Source of the DNA: a virus
Length of the DNA stretch: 64,000 nt
Strand: one strand, 5' to 3'
Virus record (IMG/VR): IMGVR_UViG_3300011189_000006
Location: 1-64,000 of that record
In this document: one piece after another, positions 1-9,381 of the stretch
Layout: the number at the start of each line of letters is the position of its first letter
Numbering within the stretch: position 1 is the first letter of the stretch
The notes under the pieces: generated by a model
Databases searched by the model: none
What the model saw: the letters and a program-made list of their open reading frames with translations, nothing else
What the model was told of the DNA's origin: nothing
Made by a program: the position numbers and the translations under genes

Positions 1-425
1 AAGGTTGTCCACAAACAGTAGGTGGTGGTTTTCAATGTAGCCAAAATGAATTAAAAACATTAGAAGGTTGTCCACAAACAGTAAGTGGTAGTTTTTATTG
101 TTATTTTAATGAATTAAAATCGTTAGAAGGTGGTCTACAAACAGTAGGTGGTTACTTTGGTTGTGAAGATAATAAATTAAGAGATTTAGAACATTTCCCA
201 GAAGTAAGTGGTAGTATAAATATAGAGGGAAACACAGTAAATTTATTAGTGTATACCTTTATTAAAAAAGCCGATAGCTTTATGATAGAAGATTTTATAG
301 ACTATGAGATAGTTAGAAACGGAGACACTGTTATGTTGGATAGGCTACAAACATTTATAAGGGATAATGATTTAGAAATGCCTGATTTAAAAGAAATTAA
401 AAAACACTATAAAATAATAGAATAA
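1..425 (+). CDS. LRR-like repeat protein, 5'-partial (paralog 1 of 3)
   Basis: Frame from nt 3 reads GCPQTVGGGFQCSQNELKTLEGCPQ... and ends ...EIKKHYKIIE* (TAA 423-425), a C-terminus nearly identical to the next two ORFs. Confidence 0.85.
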   Translation, partial: GCPQTVGGGFQCSQNELKTLEGCPQTVSGSFYCYFNELKSLEGGLQTVGGYFGCEDNKLRDLEHFPEVSGSINIEGNTVNLLVYTFIKKADSFMIEDFIDYEIVRNGDTVMLDRLQTFIRDNDLEMPDLKEIKKHYKIIE

Positions 426-427
426 AA

Positions 428-1156
428 ATGAGACATATAAAACACTATAAAATATTTGAAAGAAATAGTCCTAATTTTCCAACTACTAGAGAGGAAGTTA
501 TACAAGTGTGTGATAAGTATAGGATAGAGAACTACACTATTAATGACGATTTAAGTATTGATGTTGATGGTATTGTTAGATTGTTTGGCAAAAATCTAGA
601 ATACTTACCCCTTAAATTTAATTATGTGAGTGGTAATTTCTATTGTAATGATAATGCATTAGAATCCTTGGAAGGTTCTCCACAGACAATAGGTGGTTGT
701 TTTGATTGTTCTCGTAATGGTTTATTATCATTAGATGGTTGTCCACAAACAATAAATGGGTTTTTTGACTGTAGTGATAATAATTTAGAATCATTAGAAG
801 GTGGTATGCAAATAGTAGGTGGGTATTTTGATTGTTCTTATAATGAATTAATATCATTAAAAGGAGTTTCAGAAATAGGTAGATACTTTGATTGCCAATT
901 TAATAATTTAACCGATTTAGAGCATTTCCCAGATGTAAATGGGAGTGTGTACTTAGCTTCAAATCCAGTGAATAATATTGTATATACCTTTATCAAAAAT
1001 GCTGATATCTTTATGATAGAAGATTTTGTAGATTATGAAATAGTTAGAAATGGTGATACTGTTATGTTGGATAGGCTTCAAACTTTCATAGAAGGATTTG
1101 ATTTAGAAATGCCTAATTTAAAAGAAATAAAAAAACATTATAAAATAATAGAATAG
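428..1156 (+). CDS. LRR-like repeat protein (22-aa SLEGxPQxxGGxFxCxxN repeats), paralog 2
   Basis: Tandem LxSLEGxPQxIGGxFDCSxN repeats; N- and C-terminal caps shared with neighbours. Confidence 0.8.
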   Translation: MRHIKHYKIFERNSPNFPTTREEVIQVCDKYRIENYTINDDLSIDVDGIVRLFGKNLEYLPLKFNYVSGNFYCNDNALESLEGSPQTIGGCFDCSRNGLLSLDGCPQTINGFFDCSDNNLESLEGGMQIVGGYFDCSYNELISLKGVSEIGRYFDCQFNNLTDLEHFPDVNGSVYLASNPVNNIVYTFIKNADIFMIEDFVDYEIVRNGDTVMLDRLQTFIEGFDLEMPNLKEIKKHYKIIE

Positions 1157-1157
1157 A

Positions 1158-1766
1158 ATGAAACATATAAAACATTACAAGATATTTGAGAGTACAAGTC
1201 CTAACTTCCCAACTACTAGAGAGGGTGTTATAGAAGTGTGTGAAAAGTATAGAATAAAAAACTACACTATTAATGATGATTTAAGCATTGATGTTGATAG
1301 TTATGTATATTTAGATAATAAAGGCTTAAAATATCTACCTCTTAGATTCAATTATGTGAGTGGTTATTTGAGTTGTTATTATAACAATTTAGTGTCATTA
1401 GAAGGTTGTCCACAAGAATTAGGGAGTTATTTTGATTGTTCTAATAATAAACTGAAATCATTGAAAGGTGGTCCACAAATAGTAGGTGGTGACTTTATCA
1501 ATTGTTCTAATAATAAATTAACAGACTTAGAATACTTCCCAGAAGTAAGTGGTTATATAAACACAAAATTTAACTTAATAAATTTATTAGTATACACCTT
1601 TATCAAAGATGCTAATAGTTTTATGATAGAAGATTTTAACGACTATGAGATAGTTAGAAACGGGGATACTGTTATGTTGGATAGGCTACAAACATTTATA
1701 AGGGATAATGATTTAGAAATGCCTGATTTAGATGAAATTAAAAAACACTATAAAATAATAGAATAA
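1158..1766 (+). CDS. LRR-like repeat protein, paralog 3
   Basis: Same caps as 428..1156 with fewer repeats. Confidence 0.8.
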   Translation: MKHIKHYKIFESTSPNFPTTREGVIEVCEKYRIKNYTINDDLSIDVDSYVYLDNKGLKYLPLRFNYVSGYLSCYYNNLVSLEGCPQELGSYFDCSNNKLKSLKGGPQIVGGDFINCSNNKLTDLEYFPEVSGYINTKFNLINLLVYTFIKDANSFMIEDFNDYEIVRNGDTVMLDRLQTFIRDNDLEMPDLDEIKKHYKIIE

Positions 1767-1867
1767 ATCCTCTAAGATAGTAAAATATATATTTAAACTT
1801 ATCATAATATTTGTATATAAATAGGGAAAAGTACAATAAAATATATATAAAATAAAAGAAATAAAAA

Positions 1868-2827
1868 ATGTCAGATAAAGAAAATCTTAGTGAAGAAGAT
1901 TACTTAAAAAAACACCTAGGAAACCAAGACTCTAATGGTAATAATCAAACGAATAGTGATATACCAACTAGTGATTATAAACAAGGTGAAGATTCAGAAG
2001 GTATTAAAGTAAGTGATTTAAAATATTTCTCATTTAGTGTAGATATGCTACCATGTGGTAAGTTTTACCCAAGTGGATCAATGCTTATGATTAGACCAGC
2101 AGAAGTTGTTGAAATACAAGCATACTCTACTGTAGATGATAACAACTTCTATGATGTTGTTGAAAAAATGAATGGGATGTTACAATCTTGTGTCCGTATA
2201 AAGTTTCCAGATAATAAGATTGGATCTTATTTGGAATTAAAAGACCAAGATAGATTATATACCATATTTCTAATAAGAGAACTTACATTCCAAAAAGGTA
2301 ATTCTTTAACAGTTAAAGTTCCATCGCCATGTGGTAATGAAGAAGAGGAAATGTCTATTGAATTAGTTAGAGATAACTTTGTGTTTCACGAAATAAGTGA
2401 TAGTCTTAAAAAATACTTTACACCTAGTAATGGTACTTACAATTTTAAATTAACTAATAAAAAGAGCTTTGAACTTGCTCCACCAACAATAGGGATACAG
2501 AAATCATTTAGTGATTATATAATCCAAGAAACTAATGCAGATAAAAAACCTAATTTAGCTTTTCTTAAAATAATTCCTTTTTTATTAGCTAACAGAACTA
2601 GTATCTCATATGAGGGTATTAAGGCTAAGCTAAAAGACTTTAAAGATATGGATGAGGTTTCATTCCAATTTTTAAATTCAGCAGTTAGCAAGCTTTCATT
2701 TGGTATTAAAGAACTTAAAAAAATATCAGAGTGTGGTGAGGAGGTACGCACACCCATGAAGTTTCCCAGCGGAGCATCAAGTATTTTCGTTGTTCAAGAT
2801 GCCTTTGAAGCATATCTTGAAGAATAA
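1868..2827 (+). CDS. Putative baseplate hub subunit / tail assembly chaperone (T4 gp26-like)
   Basis: LPxGKFY, IRP, DRLYxIFxIRELT motifs and C-terminal F..G..S.F; followed by a small gp51-like ORF. Confidence 0.55.
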   Translation: MSDKENLSEEDYLKKHLGNQDSNGNNQTNSDIPTSDYKQGEDSEGIKVSDLKYFSFSVDMLPCGKFYPSGSMLMIRPAEVVEIQAYSTVDDNNFYDVVEKMNGMLQSCVRIKFPDNKIGSYLELKDQDRLYTIFLIRELTFQKGNSLTVKVPSPCGNEEEEMSIELVRDNFVFHEISDSLKKYFTPSNGTYNFKLTNKKSFELAPPTIGIQKSFSDYIIQETNADKKPNLAFLKIIPFLLANRTSISYEGIKAKLKDFKDMDEVSFQFLNSAVSKLSFGIKELKKISECGEEVRTPMKFPSGASSIFVVQDAFEAYLEE

Positions 2828-3047
2828 ATTAATGTTACAAAAACATTTCCACTTACAAGAGTATTCAATAGACTCTTGGCCATTTTGGATGTTTGAGGAA
2901 AACATTAAGATAGTAAATGAAATAGTTGAGGAAGAAGAAAAGAACCAAGGAAAGCAAGAACAACAACAATCTTCTAACTTTGATGCTAACTCAATGATGA
3001 AAAATGCCCAAAGTATGACCAATAACATACCAAAGCCTAAATATTAA
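2799..3047 (+). CDS. Putative baseplate hub assembly chaperone (T4 gp51-like)
   Basis: ATG 2799 overlaps the upstream stop; LQKHFH..EYSIDSWPFW.FE..I pattern with a coiled tail. Confidence 0.5.
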   Translation: MPLKHILKNKLMLQKHFHLQEYSIDSWPFWMFEENIKIVNEIVEEEEKNQGKQEQQQSSNFDANSMMKNAQSMTNNIPKPKY

Positions 3048-3048
3048 G

Positions 3049-3078
3049 AAAGGGATAGGTTTATAGCCTATCCTTTTT
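3049..3078 (+). terminator. Intrinsic terminator
   Basis: AAAGGGATAGGTT / AGCCTATCCTTTT hairpin plus T-run. Confidence 0.7.
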
Positions 3079-3093
3079 AATTTATATAATTAA

Positions 3094-4752
3094 ATGGAAA
3101 AAGAAAGATTATACTTTATAGAGAATGTATTAAAAAATTCACCTAATAGGATTAAAGAATCTTATGTAAGCAAACATTATCCAATAGTATTTGAGCAAAT
3201 AATAGATATAACTAGGGATAAGGATTTCTCATTTAAACAAAGAATTTGGCATTGGGTTTATAATAACACTAATTTCATAAAATGCTACTGTGGTAATAAG
3301 GTATCATTTGGACAATCTTGGAAAGGTGGATATAAAGAATATTGTTCTAACAAATGTTCTTCCAACTCACCAAGTGTTAAAGAAAAGGCAAAAAATACAA
3401 TTGAAGAAAAGTATGGAGTTTCCCACTACTCTAAAACTGATGAGTTTAAAGAAAAATATAAAAAAACTAGTTTGGATAAATATGGTGTTGACAACTATTC
3501 TAAAACCAAAGACTATGTAAATAAGTCTAAAGAAACATATCTTAAAAAGTATGGTGTTGATTCATTTACAAAGACTGAAAAATATAATATAATATCTAGA
3601 AACACATCATTTAAAAAGTATGGAGTTTCCCACTACTCTAAAACGGATGAGTTCAAAGAAAAGTTTTCTAAAACAATGATGGGTAAATACAATTCTGGTT
3701 CTTGCTTTGGTGGAGAGAATTATAGAGGAGAGAACTTTGAAATGTGTAAAAACAATTTATATGTAAAGTATCTAGGTAATGGTATAAGCAAATTTAGGTG
3801 TGATGATGACAAATTGCACACCTTTGATATAAGCACTGATAATTACTTTGGTAGGCTTTATAATTCTAATAAGTTATGCACTGTATGTAGTCCTATTTCT
3901 GACTTAGATTCCATTAAGGAAAAAGAACTATATGAATATGTCAAAAGCATATCATCACATAATGTTGTTAAGAATTATAGGGATAAATACGAAATAGATG
4001 TTTACATACCAGAACTTAGCATAGGCTTTGAATTTAACGGTCTTTATTACCACTCTAACAAGTTTAAAAAGAATAACTATCATATTGTAAAGAAGAACTA
4101 TTTTAAGGACAGAGGGATAAGGATTATACATATATGGGAAGATGATTGGGTAGATAGAAAAGAAATAATAAAATCTCAAATACTATATAATCTTAACAAA
4201 ATAGAAAATAGAGTATATGCTAGAAAATGCATTGTTAAGGAAATATGTACTAAAGCTTCATCTATATTTCTAAACGAAAACCATATACAAGGTACATGTA
4301 ATAGTGTATATAAAATAGGTTTGTTTTATAATGACGAATTGGTTTCTATTATGACGTTCGATAAATTTGAGGGGAGAAAGAAAATGGAAGAAGGTGGTTG
4401 GAATTTAAACAGATACTGTTCTAAAACATACCATAATATAGTTGGTGCACCTTCTAAATTACTAAAACATTTCATAAATGAGAAGAGTCCAATTAGAATT
4501 ATAAGCTATGCAGATTACTATTGGAGTGATGGTAATTTATACGAACAGCTTGGCTTTAAGGAAAAGTATATCACAAAGCCAGATTATAAATATATTGTAA
4601 ATGGTAAGAGGGTTCATAAGTCCAACTATAAGAATAGTAATATTAAAACATCTATGACAGAGAGTGAATACACAAAATCTAATAATATTTACAAAGTTTA
4701 TGATTGTGGTAAAATAAAATATGAATTATTAAAACAAAAAAAAGCCAAATAA
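3094..4752 (+). CDS. Hef-like homing endonuclease (KYGV repeats, Vsr/PD-(D/E)XK-like nuclease)
   Basis: KYGVxxYSKT repeats; EIDVYIPE..IGFEFNGLYYH; HIWEDDW; ARKC...FLNENHIQG. Confidence 0.7.
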   Translation: MEKERLYFIENVLKNSPNRIKESYVSKHYPIVFEQIIDITRDKDFSFKQRIWHWVYNNTNFIKCYCGNKVSFGQSWKGGYKEYCSNKCSSNSPSVKEKAKNTIEEKYGVSHYSKTDEFKEKYKKTSLDKYGVDNYSKTKDYVNKSKETYLKKYGVDSFTKTEKYNIISRNTSFKKYGVSHYSKTDEFKEKFSKTMMGKYNSGSCFGGENYRGENFEMCKNNLYVKYLGNGISKFRCDDDKLHTFDISTDNYFGRLYNSNKLCTVCSPISDLDSIKEKELYEYVKSISSHNVVKNYRDKYEIDVYIPELSIGFEFNGLYYHSNKFKKNNYHIVKKNYFKDRGIRIIHIWEDDWVDRKEIIKSQILYNLNKIENRVYARKCIVKEICTKASSIFLNENHIQGTCNSVYKIGLFYNDELVSIMTFDKFEGRKKMEEGGWNLNRYCSKTYHNIVGAPSKLLKHFINEKSPIRIISYADYYWSDGNLYEQLGFKEKYITKPDYKYIVNGKRVHKSNYKNSNIKTSMTESEYTKSNNIYKVYDCGKIKYELLKQKKAK

Positions 4753-4771
4753 ATCATTATTTGGCTTTTTT
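4738..4771. terminator. Bidirectional intrinsic terminator
   Basis: AAAAAAGCCAAATAA-ATCA-TTATTTGGCTTTTTT between convergent genes. Confidence 0.8.
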
Positions 4772-4786
4772 ATAAATTATTATTTA

Positions 4787-5416
4787 TTAGTAACCCGATA
4801 CTAATGGTGGGTTAATAGTGAAGTTTTGATCTATGTATTCATCAATAAAGTAATCCCATACAAAATTTGCAGTGACTTCTTTGATGATATCATTAGAACT
4901 CCAATCTAAGTCATATCCGTCTAACTTTTTCATTTGAACGTTTTGGAAGGTAACTCGTCTTAATACAACACCTTTTTTATCATGTTGGTTAACTATTATA
5001 GTCCCAATTAAGTCACTCTTATAGTGAAGTGAGCCATTCTGTGAATTAAATACTAAATCATACCATGCTTTCATTGTGTTCCAAGTCTCCATAGCACCTT
5101 CTTGATTAACATTTACCTGAAAAGGTATATTTACCTCACCAGATGTTTTAGTAGGTGTGGTTAGAAACTCTCTTGTAGAGTACTTGTAACGTTGCGTTAC
5201 GCTCTGAATATCAAAGGCAGTTAGGTTGGCTGCATTTAAATCTATTTTAGTGGCATTTTCTAGCAAAAGAATAGGATCTCTACCTTGTGCTTGTAAGATA
5301 ACTGGTAAAATAAAGGTTACTTCAAATAGGTTTAGATATACAACCTCATCTGGGAGTGTCCCTGGTCCACCTGGACTTCCTACGTTTGATATTTGTGTAA
5401 AATGTGGTAATGGCAT
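4787..5416 (-). CDS. Tail tube protein (T4 gp19-like)
   Basis: NLFEVTF, WYDLVF, LDWSSN, A.FVWDY pattern and ~200-aa size typical of myophage tubes. Confidence 0.7.
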   Translation of the reverse strand: MPLPHFTQISNVGSPGGPGTLPDEVVYLNLFEVTFILPVILQAQGRDPILLLENATKIDLNAANLTAFDIQSVTQRYKYSTREFLTTPTKTSGEVNIPFQVNVNQEGAMETWNTMKAWYDLVFNSQNGSLHYKSDLIGTIIVNQHDKKGVVLRRVTFQNVQMKKLDGYDLDWSSNDIIKEVTANFVWDYFIDEYIDQNFTINPPLVSGY

Positions 5417-5533
5417 AATTTTTAGTTATTTTTTATATTTTATATATTAATGTATTTTATCTCTCTAGTATATATATTAAATCAAAAAAACAACTTTTAC
5501 ATTAAATATGGTATAATTATATAAATAAGCAAT

Positions 5534-6673
5534 ATGGCAAAGATATTTTTGATAGGAGATACACACATTGGTTTGGGTTATCCCAATAAGACTGACAAGT
5601 GGTTGAAAGTTCACAAGGAGTACTTTGATGACTTCTTAATACCTACTCTAAAGAGGGAGGTAAAAGAAGGTGATATAATTATCCACCTAGGTGATTTTTT
5701 TGATAATAGAAACGTTGTACCCATTAATCTATTAAATTTTGGAATGGATCAAGTTGAAAGGATAGCACAAATAGCACCATTTCATATACTTGTTGGTAAC
5801 CATGACTGTTGGTCTAGAAGTAGCGATGAGATAAACACTATAAGACCTTTTAAGTACATACCAGGTGTTAGTATTTACGATAAGGTATCAACACTAGAGT
5901 ATAATGGTTATAAGTTCCTTATGATGCCTTATTTTGAGAAAAAGAGTGAACAGATAAGACATTTAAATGAGAATAAGGATTGTGATTATGTTCTTTGTCA
6001 TTCTGATTTAAATGGTGCTAAAATGCATTTAACATCAGTTGGTCATAAAAACAATGATATGATTGGTGTTGATGAATTTAAAGGATTTAAAGGTGTTTAT
6101 TCTGGTCATATACATTTAGTTCAAAGGAATAAGAACTTCACATTTATAGGCTCTAACTTTCAGATGGATAGAAATGATTATGGTGACCAAAAAGGTATGT
6201 TTGTTATTGATACAGAAAATGATAAAGAAGAATTTATAGAAAACAATGTCTCGCCAGTATTTAAAAGAGTTAAAGTAACACAAGAGAGCGATTTAGATAC
6301 TTTAGAAGAATTAAAGGATACTAAAGACTATATAGACTTATTCATATCTAATAATTTATTGATTAATGATAGGAAACTTAGAAGAAAATTAGAAATACTA
6401 CTAGAAAGTGGTAAGTTTGCCTCTGTGGACTATATAGACGATATAACAAATGATTTAGAGGATGGTGATGAAGTAGATTCAGTAAATGAAGAATTTAATG
6501 AAGATAACTTAGATATATCTATTCAACTAGATTATGAAGATTATGTAAAGGAGTATATTCTAAAGCAAAAATATGATAATAATAAATTTAAGGATGGGAT
6601 ATTAGAGCATTATTCTAACATAATAGGAATATATAAAGATAACTTTAAGCTTAACAAAAACGATAATGACTGA
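5534..6673 (+). CDS. Recombination endonuclease subunit (gp47/Mre11/SbcD-like)
   Basis: DTHIG, HLGDFFDNR, GNHD and SGHIH phosphoesterase motifs. Confidence 0.85.
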   Translation: MAKIFLIGDTHIGLGYPNKTDKWLKVHKEYFDDFLIPTLKREVKEGDIIIHLGDFFDNRNVVPINLLNFGMDQVERIAQIAPFHILVGNHDCWSRSSDEINTIRPFKYIPGVSIYDKVSTLEYNGYKFLMMPYFEKKSEQIRHLNENKDCDYVLCHSDLNGAKMHLTSVGHKNNDMIGVDEFKGFKGVYSGHIHLVQRNKNFTFIGSNFQMDRNDYGDQKGMFVIDTENDKEEFIENNVSPVFKRVKVTQESDLDTLEELKDTKDYIDLFISNNLLINDRKLRRKLEILLESGKFASVDYIDDITNDLEDGDEVDSVNEEFNEDNLDISIQLDYEDYVKEYILKQKYDNNKFKDGILEHYSNIIGIYKDNFKLNKNDND

Positions 6674-6881
6674 GACCATTGATGCGTATGAGGTTTATGA
6701 AAGAATTTTCACAAACAGACCTTATGGTAAAAACTTAAAAATATACTCAAAAGATATAATAAAGATTGTGATAGAATTACTATCAGACTATGAAGAATAT
6801 GAGATGTGTATTGAACTAGATAAATACCTAGAATCTAGGTTTGATCATAATAAGGGTTATAAAGACTTTAAAATGTTTTAG
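6666..6881 (+). CDS. Hypothetical protein
   Basis: Start overlaps the gp47 stop; EEYEMC helical motif. Confidence 0.6.
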   Translation: MTETIDAYEVYERIFTNRPYGKNLKIYSKDIIKIVIELLSDYEEYEMCIELDKYLESRFDHNKGYKDFKMF

Positions 6882-6887
6882 AATATC

Positions 6888-7580
6888 TTATTTATTCTTA
6901 AGTTTTCTATCTAGAATTTTAGAAATATTAGATCCAATAGTCATATGTATATTTTTTATATCATCTGATTCAACCTCTTCGATTTCACCCATAAACTTAT
7001 AAAAAAATCTATAATATACGCTAGAGTCCAAATCCTCTGGTATCTCTTTTTTAATTGATAAGTCTATCTTATAGCTATTGTTTATGTTTATTTCGAAATC
7101 AAAAGTAGTTTTAGAACATGGTGTTGTTTTAAATTTAGGCTGGTACTTAACCTCAAATACTGAATAGTCTGTTATCTTATTTTTCCTCATATAAAAATTT
7201 AAAAACATTGCAGGTGCTTCTATAAAGTCTGATAGTGTTTGTAAATCATCACCAAAATCATTTGACTCTATTATATCCTCCATTCTTTTCTTTAAATCTA
7301 TAATTGAATCAAAATCTACCTTATGGTAAACGCAATTTATATCATATAAATATACAAATGAATTATCTTCTAACACAGTTTTGTCTAAATCTACTTTAAA
7401 TATAAATTTAGTGTGTATTATAGATACATCCTCAGCCTTTAACCCATGTATTGAAATAACTAGTTTTAAAAACTTTTTATCAATAGTTGATTCATATAGT
7501 GTCTCTACAGAATTAACCATTCCACTATTTTCATCAAATATATCGCTAATTACATTTTCTATTTCAGATATCTTTATCAT
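6888..7580 (-). CDS. Hypothetical protein
   Basis: 230-aa ORF tightly coupled to the upstream NTase. Confidence 0.7.
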   Translation of the reverse strand: MIKISEIENVISDIFDENSGMVNSVETLYESTIDKKFLKLVISIHGLKAEDVSIIHTKFIFKVDLDKTVLEDNSFVYLYDINCVYHKVDFDSIIDLKKRMEDIIESNDFGDDLQTLSDFIEAPAMFLNFYMRKNKITDYSVFEVKYQPKFKTTPCSKTTFDFEININNSYKIDLSIKKEIPEDLDSSVYYRFFYKFMGEIEEVESDDIKNIHMTIGSNISKILDRKLKNK

Positions 7581-7582
7581 TA

Positions 7583-8329
7583 TTAAAATTGTTTTTCATA
7601 AGATTCTTTTCTTAAATCAAGAATTCTCTCTATATAACCATTCCTTCTTAAAAGTTTAAAAACTAAATTTTTTAGAGAATACTCACCACTTTCACTTTCT
7701 AGACCAGACTTTCTATAATTTTTTATCTTATCCCAGAGTTTTTTAACACGCTTTTTATATTCATTATAATCATATTTATCTATTTCGTCTTCCAAGTCAT
7801 CAACTAGCATCATAATACCCTTAGCCTTTTCTTTAATATCCATCTCGTCTGGTATAAAGTCAACCTTAACAGGTTCTATATTCCATTTACTATTAAGCAC
7901 TGAATACACACCAGAAGACCTATGTGGTTCTTTGATATCTTGTATATAGACTTCAACTTCAAAACCATTGACATATAAATCATATGATTTATTCCATAGG
8001 TTTTTAGCAGAATCCGTAAACTTTTTAACTAGTTTAGTATCTGAATTAACCTTTTCAAAATCTATTATTATATGTAAATCAAAGTCTGAATATTTTTCAG
8101 ACCAATTAAAGTTAGCCAGTGATCCAGTTAAGGTAATATCATCTATTTCAACATTTAGGCTAGTTGTATTATAAAAGTCTTGTGATATAGTTAATAACTT
8201 TTCACGCACCTCTTCTTTCATACTTTTATCTTCTTCCCAAATTTTGGTGTTTAATTCATCTTTTATGTGAAAAGATTTAACTGCATCGAAATCTTTTTCC
8301 ACAAATTCTAAAAACTTAGTTACTTTCAT
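7583..8329 (-). CDS. Pol-beta superfamily nucleotidyltransferase
   Basis: LTGSLANFNW..YSDFDLH (GS...DxD) and a third acidic residue in VEVYIQD. Confidence 0.75.
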   Translation of the reverse strand: MKVTKFLEFVEKDFDAVKSFHIKDELNTKIWEEDKSMKEEVREKLLTISQDFYNTTSLNVEIDDITLTGSLANFNWSEKYSDFDLHIIIDFEKVNSDTKLVKKFTDSAKNLWNKSYDLYVNGFEVEVYIQDIKEPHRSSGVYSVLNSKWNIEPVKVDFIPDEMDIKEKAKGIMMLVDDLEDEIDKYDYNEYKKRVKKLWDKIKNYRKSGLESESGEYSLKNLVFKLLRRNGYIERILDLRKESYEKQF

Positions 8330-8408
8330 AATTATATATATTAAAATATTAACACCACATTTCTAAACTTATTGTTTTAAATTAATATAATACTAAATAA
8401 CAAAAGAT

Positions 8409-8618
8409 ATGAAACTTAGAGATAATGGAATTATAACAAAGGCAGACTATATTGGCAAGACTTTGGGCGAAGCTTCTAAACATGCAGAAAATGGTGGGTA
8501 TGTGACAAGAGTGGTTAGTAACAATGGCCATTCTCCTATGTTAGATATGGATGCTAATCAGAATAGAATGAATTTTATTATTAGTAACGATAGAGTTACT
8601 GATGTATATGGTGGATAA
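8409..8618 (+). CDS. Small protein resembling the peptidase inhibitor I78/potato-I fold
   Basis: YIGKT..EA...RVV..G...MD...RMNF.....VT.V..G pattern. Confidence 0.5.
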   Translation: MKLRDNGIITKADYIGKTLGEASKHAENGGYVTRVVSNNGHSPMLDMDANQNRMNFIISNDRVTDVYGG

Positions 8619-8641
8619 TTAAAAAATAATTATAATAAAAC

Positions 8642-8672
8642 TTGTGAGAACCATTTAATAGTTTTATATTTG
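8642..8672 (+). promoter_or_regulatory. Bacteroidota-type housekeeping promoter (-33 TTG / -7 TATATTTG)
   Basis: TTG at 8642-8644, 20-nt spacer, TATATTTG at 8665-8672, upstream of the tRNA locus. Confidence 0.6.
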
Positions 8673-8742
8673 CATAGTAAAATAAATATAAGATTTTTAA
8701 AGAAAAGTATAAAGAGAGAAAATAATTTTAATATATAGAATA

Positions 8743-8841
8743 ATGAGAACAATTAACACATTTAAGCATTTTAGTAAAAAGTCGTTTTGGTTTAGTCCAA
8801 ACTCGGTAAAGAATGTTATTTGTTCTAATTTTATGATTTGA
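8743..8841 (+). CDS. Attenuator leader peptide 1 (MRTINTFKHFSKKSFWFSPNSVKNVICSNFMI)
   Basis: ATG 5 nt after TTAATATATA motif; FKHFSKKSFWF block matches downstream tRNA-Lys/Phe/His/Trp; followed by a terminator. Confidence 0.75.
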   Translation: MRTINTFKHFSKKSFWFSPNSVKNVICSNFMI

Positions 8842-8899
8842 TATAAAAATAGTAAAAAATATATTTAAAGCCGAGCTTCGAAAGAAATTCGGCTTTTTT
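8781..8899 (+). promoter_or_regulatory. Transcription attenuator 1 (anti-antiterminator / antiterminator / terminator)
   Basis: Terminator AAAGCCGAG(8867-8875)...TTCGGCTTTTTT. Leader segment CTCGGT (8802-8807) can pair with GCCGAG. TTTGG/CCAAA hairpin lies in the leader. Confidence 0.7.
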
Positions 8900-8908
8900 G
8901 TTTTATAT

Positions 8909-8982
8909 AATTCTGTAGCTCAGCTGGTTAGAGCATCTGTCTTTTAAACAGAGGGTCGTGGGTTCGAATCCCACCAGGATTA
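8909..8982 (+). tRNA. tRNA-Lys(TTT)
   Basis: Acceptor AATTCTG/CAGGATT; anticodon arm TCTGT-CTTTTAA-ACAGA; GGTTCGAATCC T-arm; no encoded CCA. Confidence 0.95.
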
Positions 8983-8987
8983 CACAT

Positions 8988-9060
8988 GGAGTAGTAGCTC
9001 AGCTGGTAGAGCACTTGGTTGAAGACCAAGGTGTCGTGGGTTCGAACCCCACCTTCTCCA
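8988..9060 (+). tRNA. tRNA-Phe(GAA)
   Basis: CTTGG-TTGAAGA-CCAAG anticodon arm; GGTTCGAACCC T-arm. Confidence 0.95.
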
Positions 9061-9071
9061 CAAGATTAAAT

Positions 9072-9145
9072 GGTGTGTGTAGCTCAGTAGGTAGAGCGTT
9101 GGCTTGTGGTGCCAAAGGTCGGGGGTTCGAAACCCCTCATACACC
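9072..9145 (+). tRNA. tRNA-His(GTG)
   Basis: G-1:C73 pair; TTGGC-TTGTGGT-GCCAA anticodon arm. Confidence 0.95.
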
Positions 9146-9154
9146 CTAAATAAT

Positions 9155-9226
9155 ACGGACGTAGTTCAAAGGCTAGAATAACGATCTCCAAAATCGTAGA
9201 TGAGATTTCGAAATTCTCCGTCCGTG
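9155..9226 (+). tRNA. tRNA-Trp(CCA)
   Basis: ACGGACG/CGTCCGT acceptor; ACGAT-CTCCAAA-ATCGT anticodon arm. Confidence 0.9.
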
Positions 9227-9257
9227 CTAGAGTTTAATAAAAATAATATATAGTATA

Positions 9258-9329
9258 ATGAAACTTATAAACACATCGAGTAGTTCAAGTCGCTTAATAA
9301 TTTCGAAAGAGATTCGATTGTGTGTGTAA
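9258..9329 (+). CDS. Attenuator leader peptide 2 (MKLINTSSSSSRLIISKEIRLCV)
   Basis: ATG 5 nt after TAATATATA; codons TCG AGT AGT TCA AGT CGC match downstream tRNA-Ser(TGA), Ser(GCT) and Arg(ACG). Confidence 0.8.
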   Translation: MKLINTSSSSSRLIISKEIRLCV

Positions 9330-9381
9330 TTATTTTTTAAAAATATTATTAGCCTTTCGAATTTATTTGAAAGGCTTTTTT
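9302..9381 (+). promoter_or_regulatory. Transcription attenuator 2
   Basis: 11-bp terminator AGCCTTTCGAA/TTTGAAAGGCT plus T6; leader TTCGAAAG (9302-9309) is perfectly complementary to terminator 5' arm CTTTCGAA (9354-9361). Confidence 0.8.

Noticed and set aside
1-1766. Diversity-generating retroelement acting on the LRR genes
   Set aside because: No reverse transcriptase or template repeat in the window, and differences are not confined to adenines
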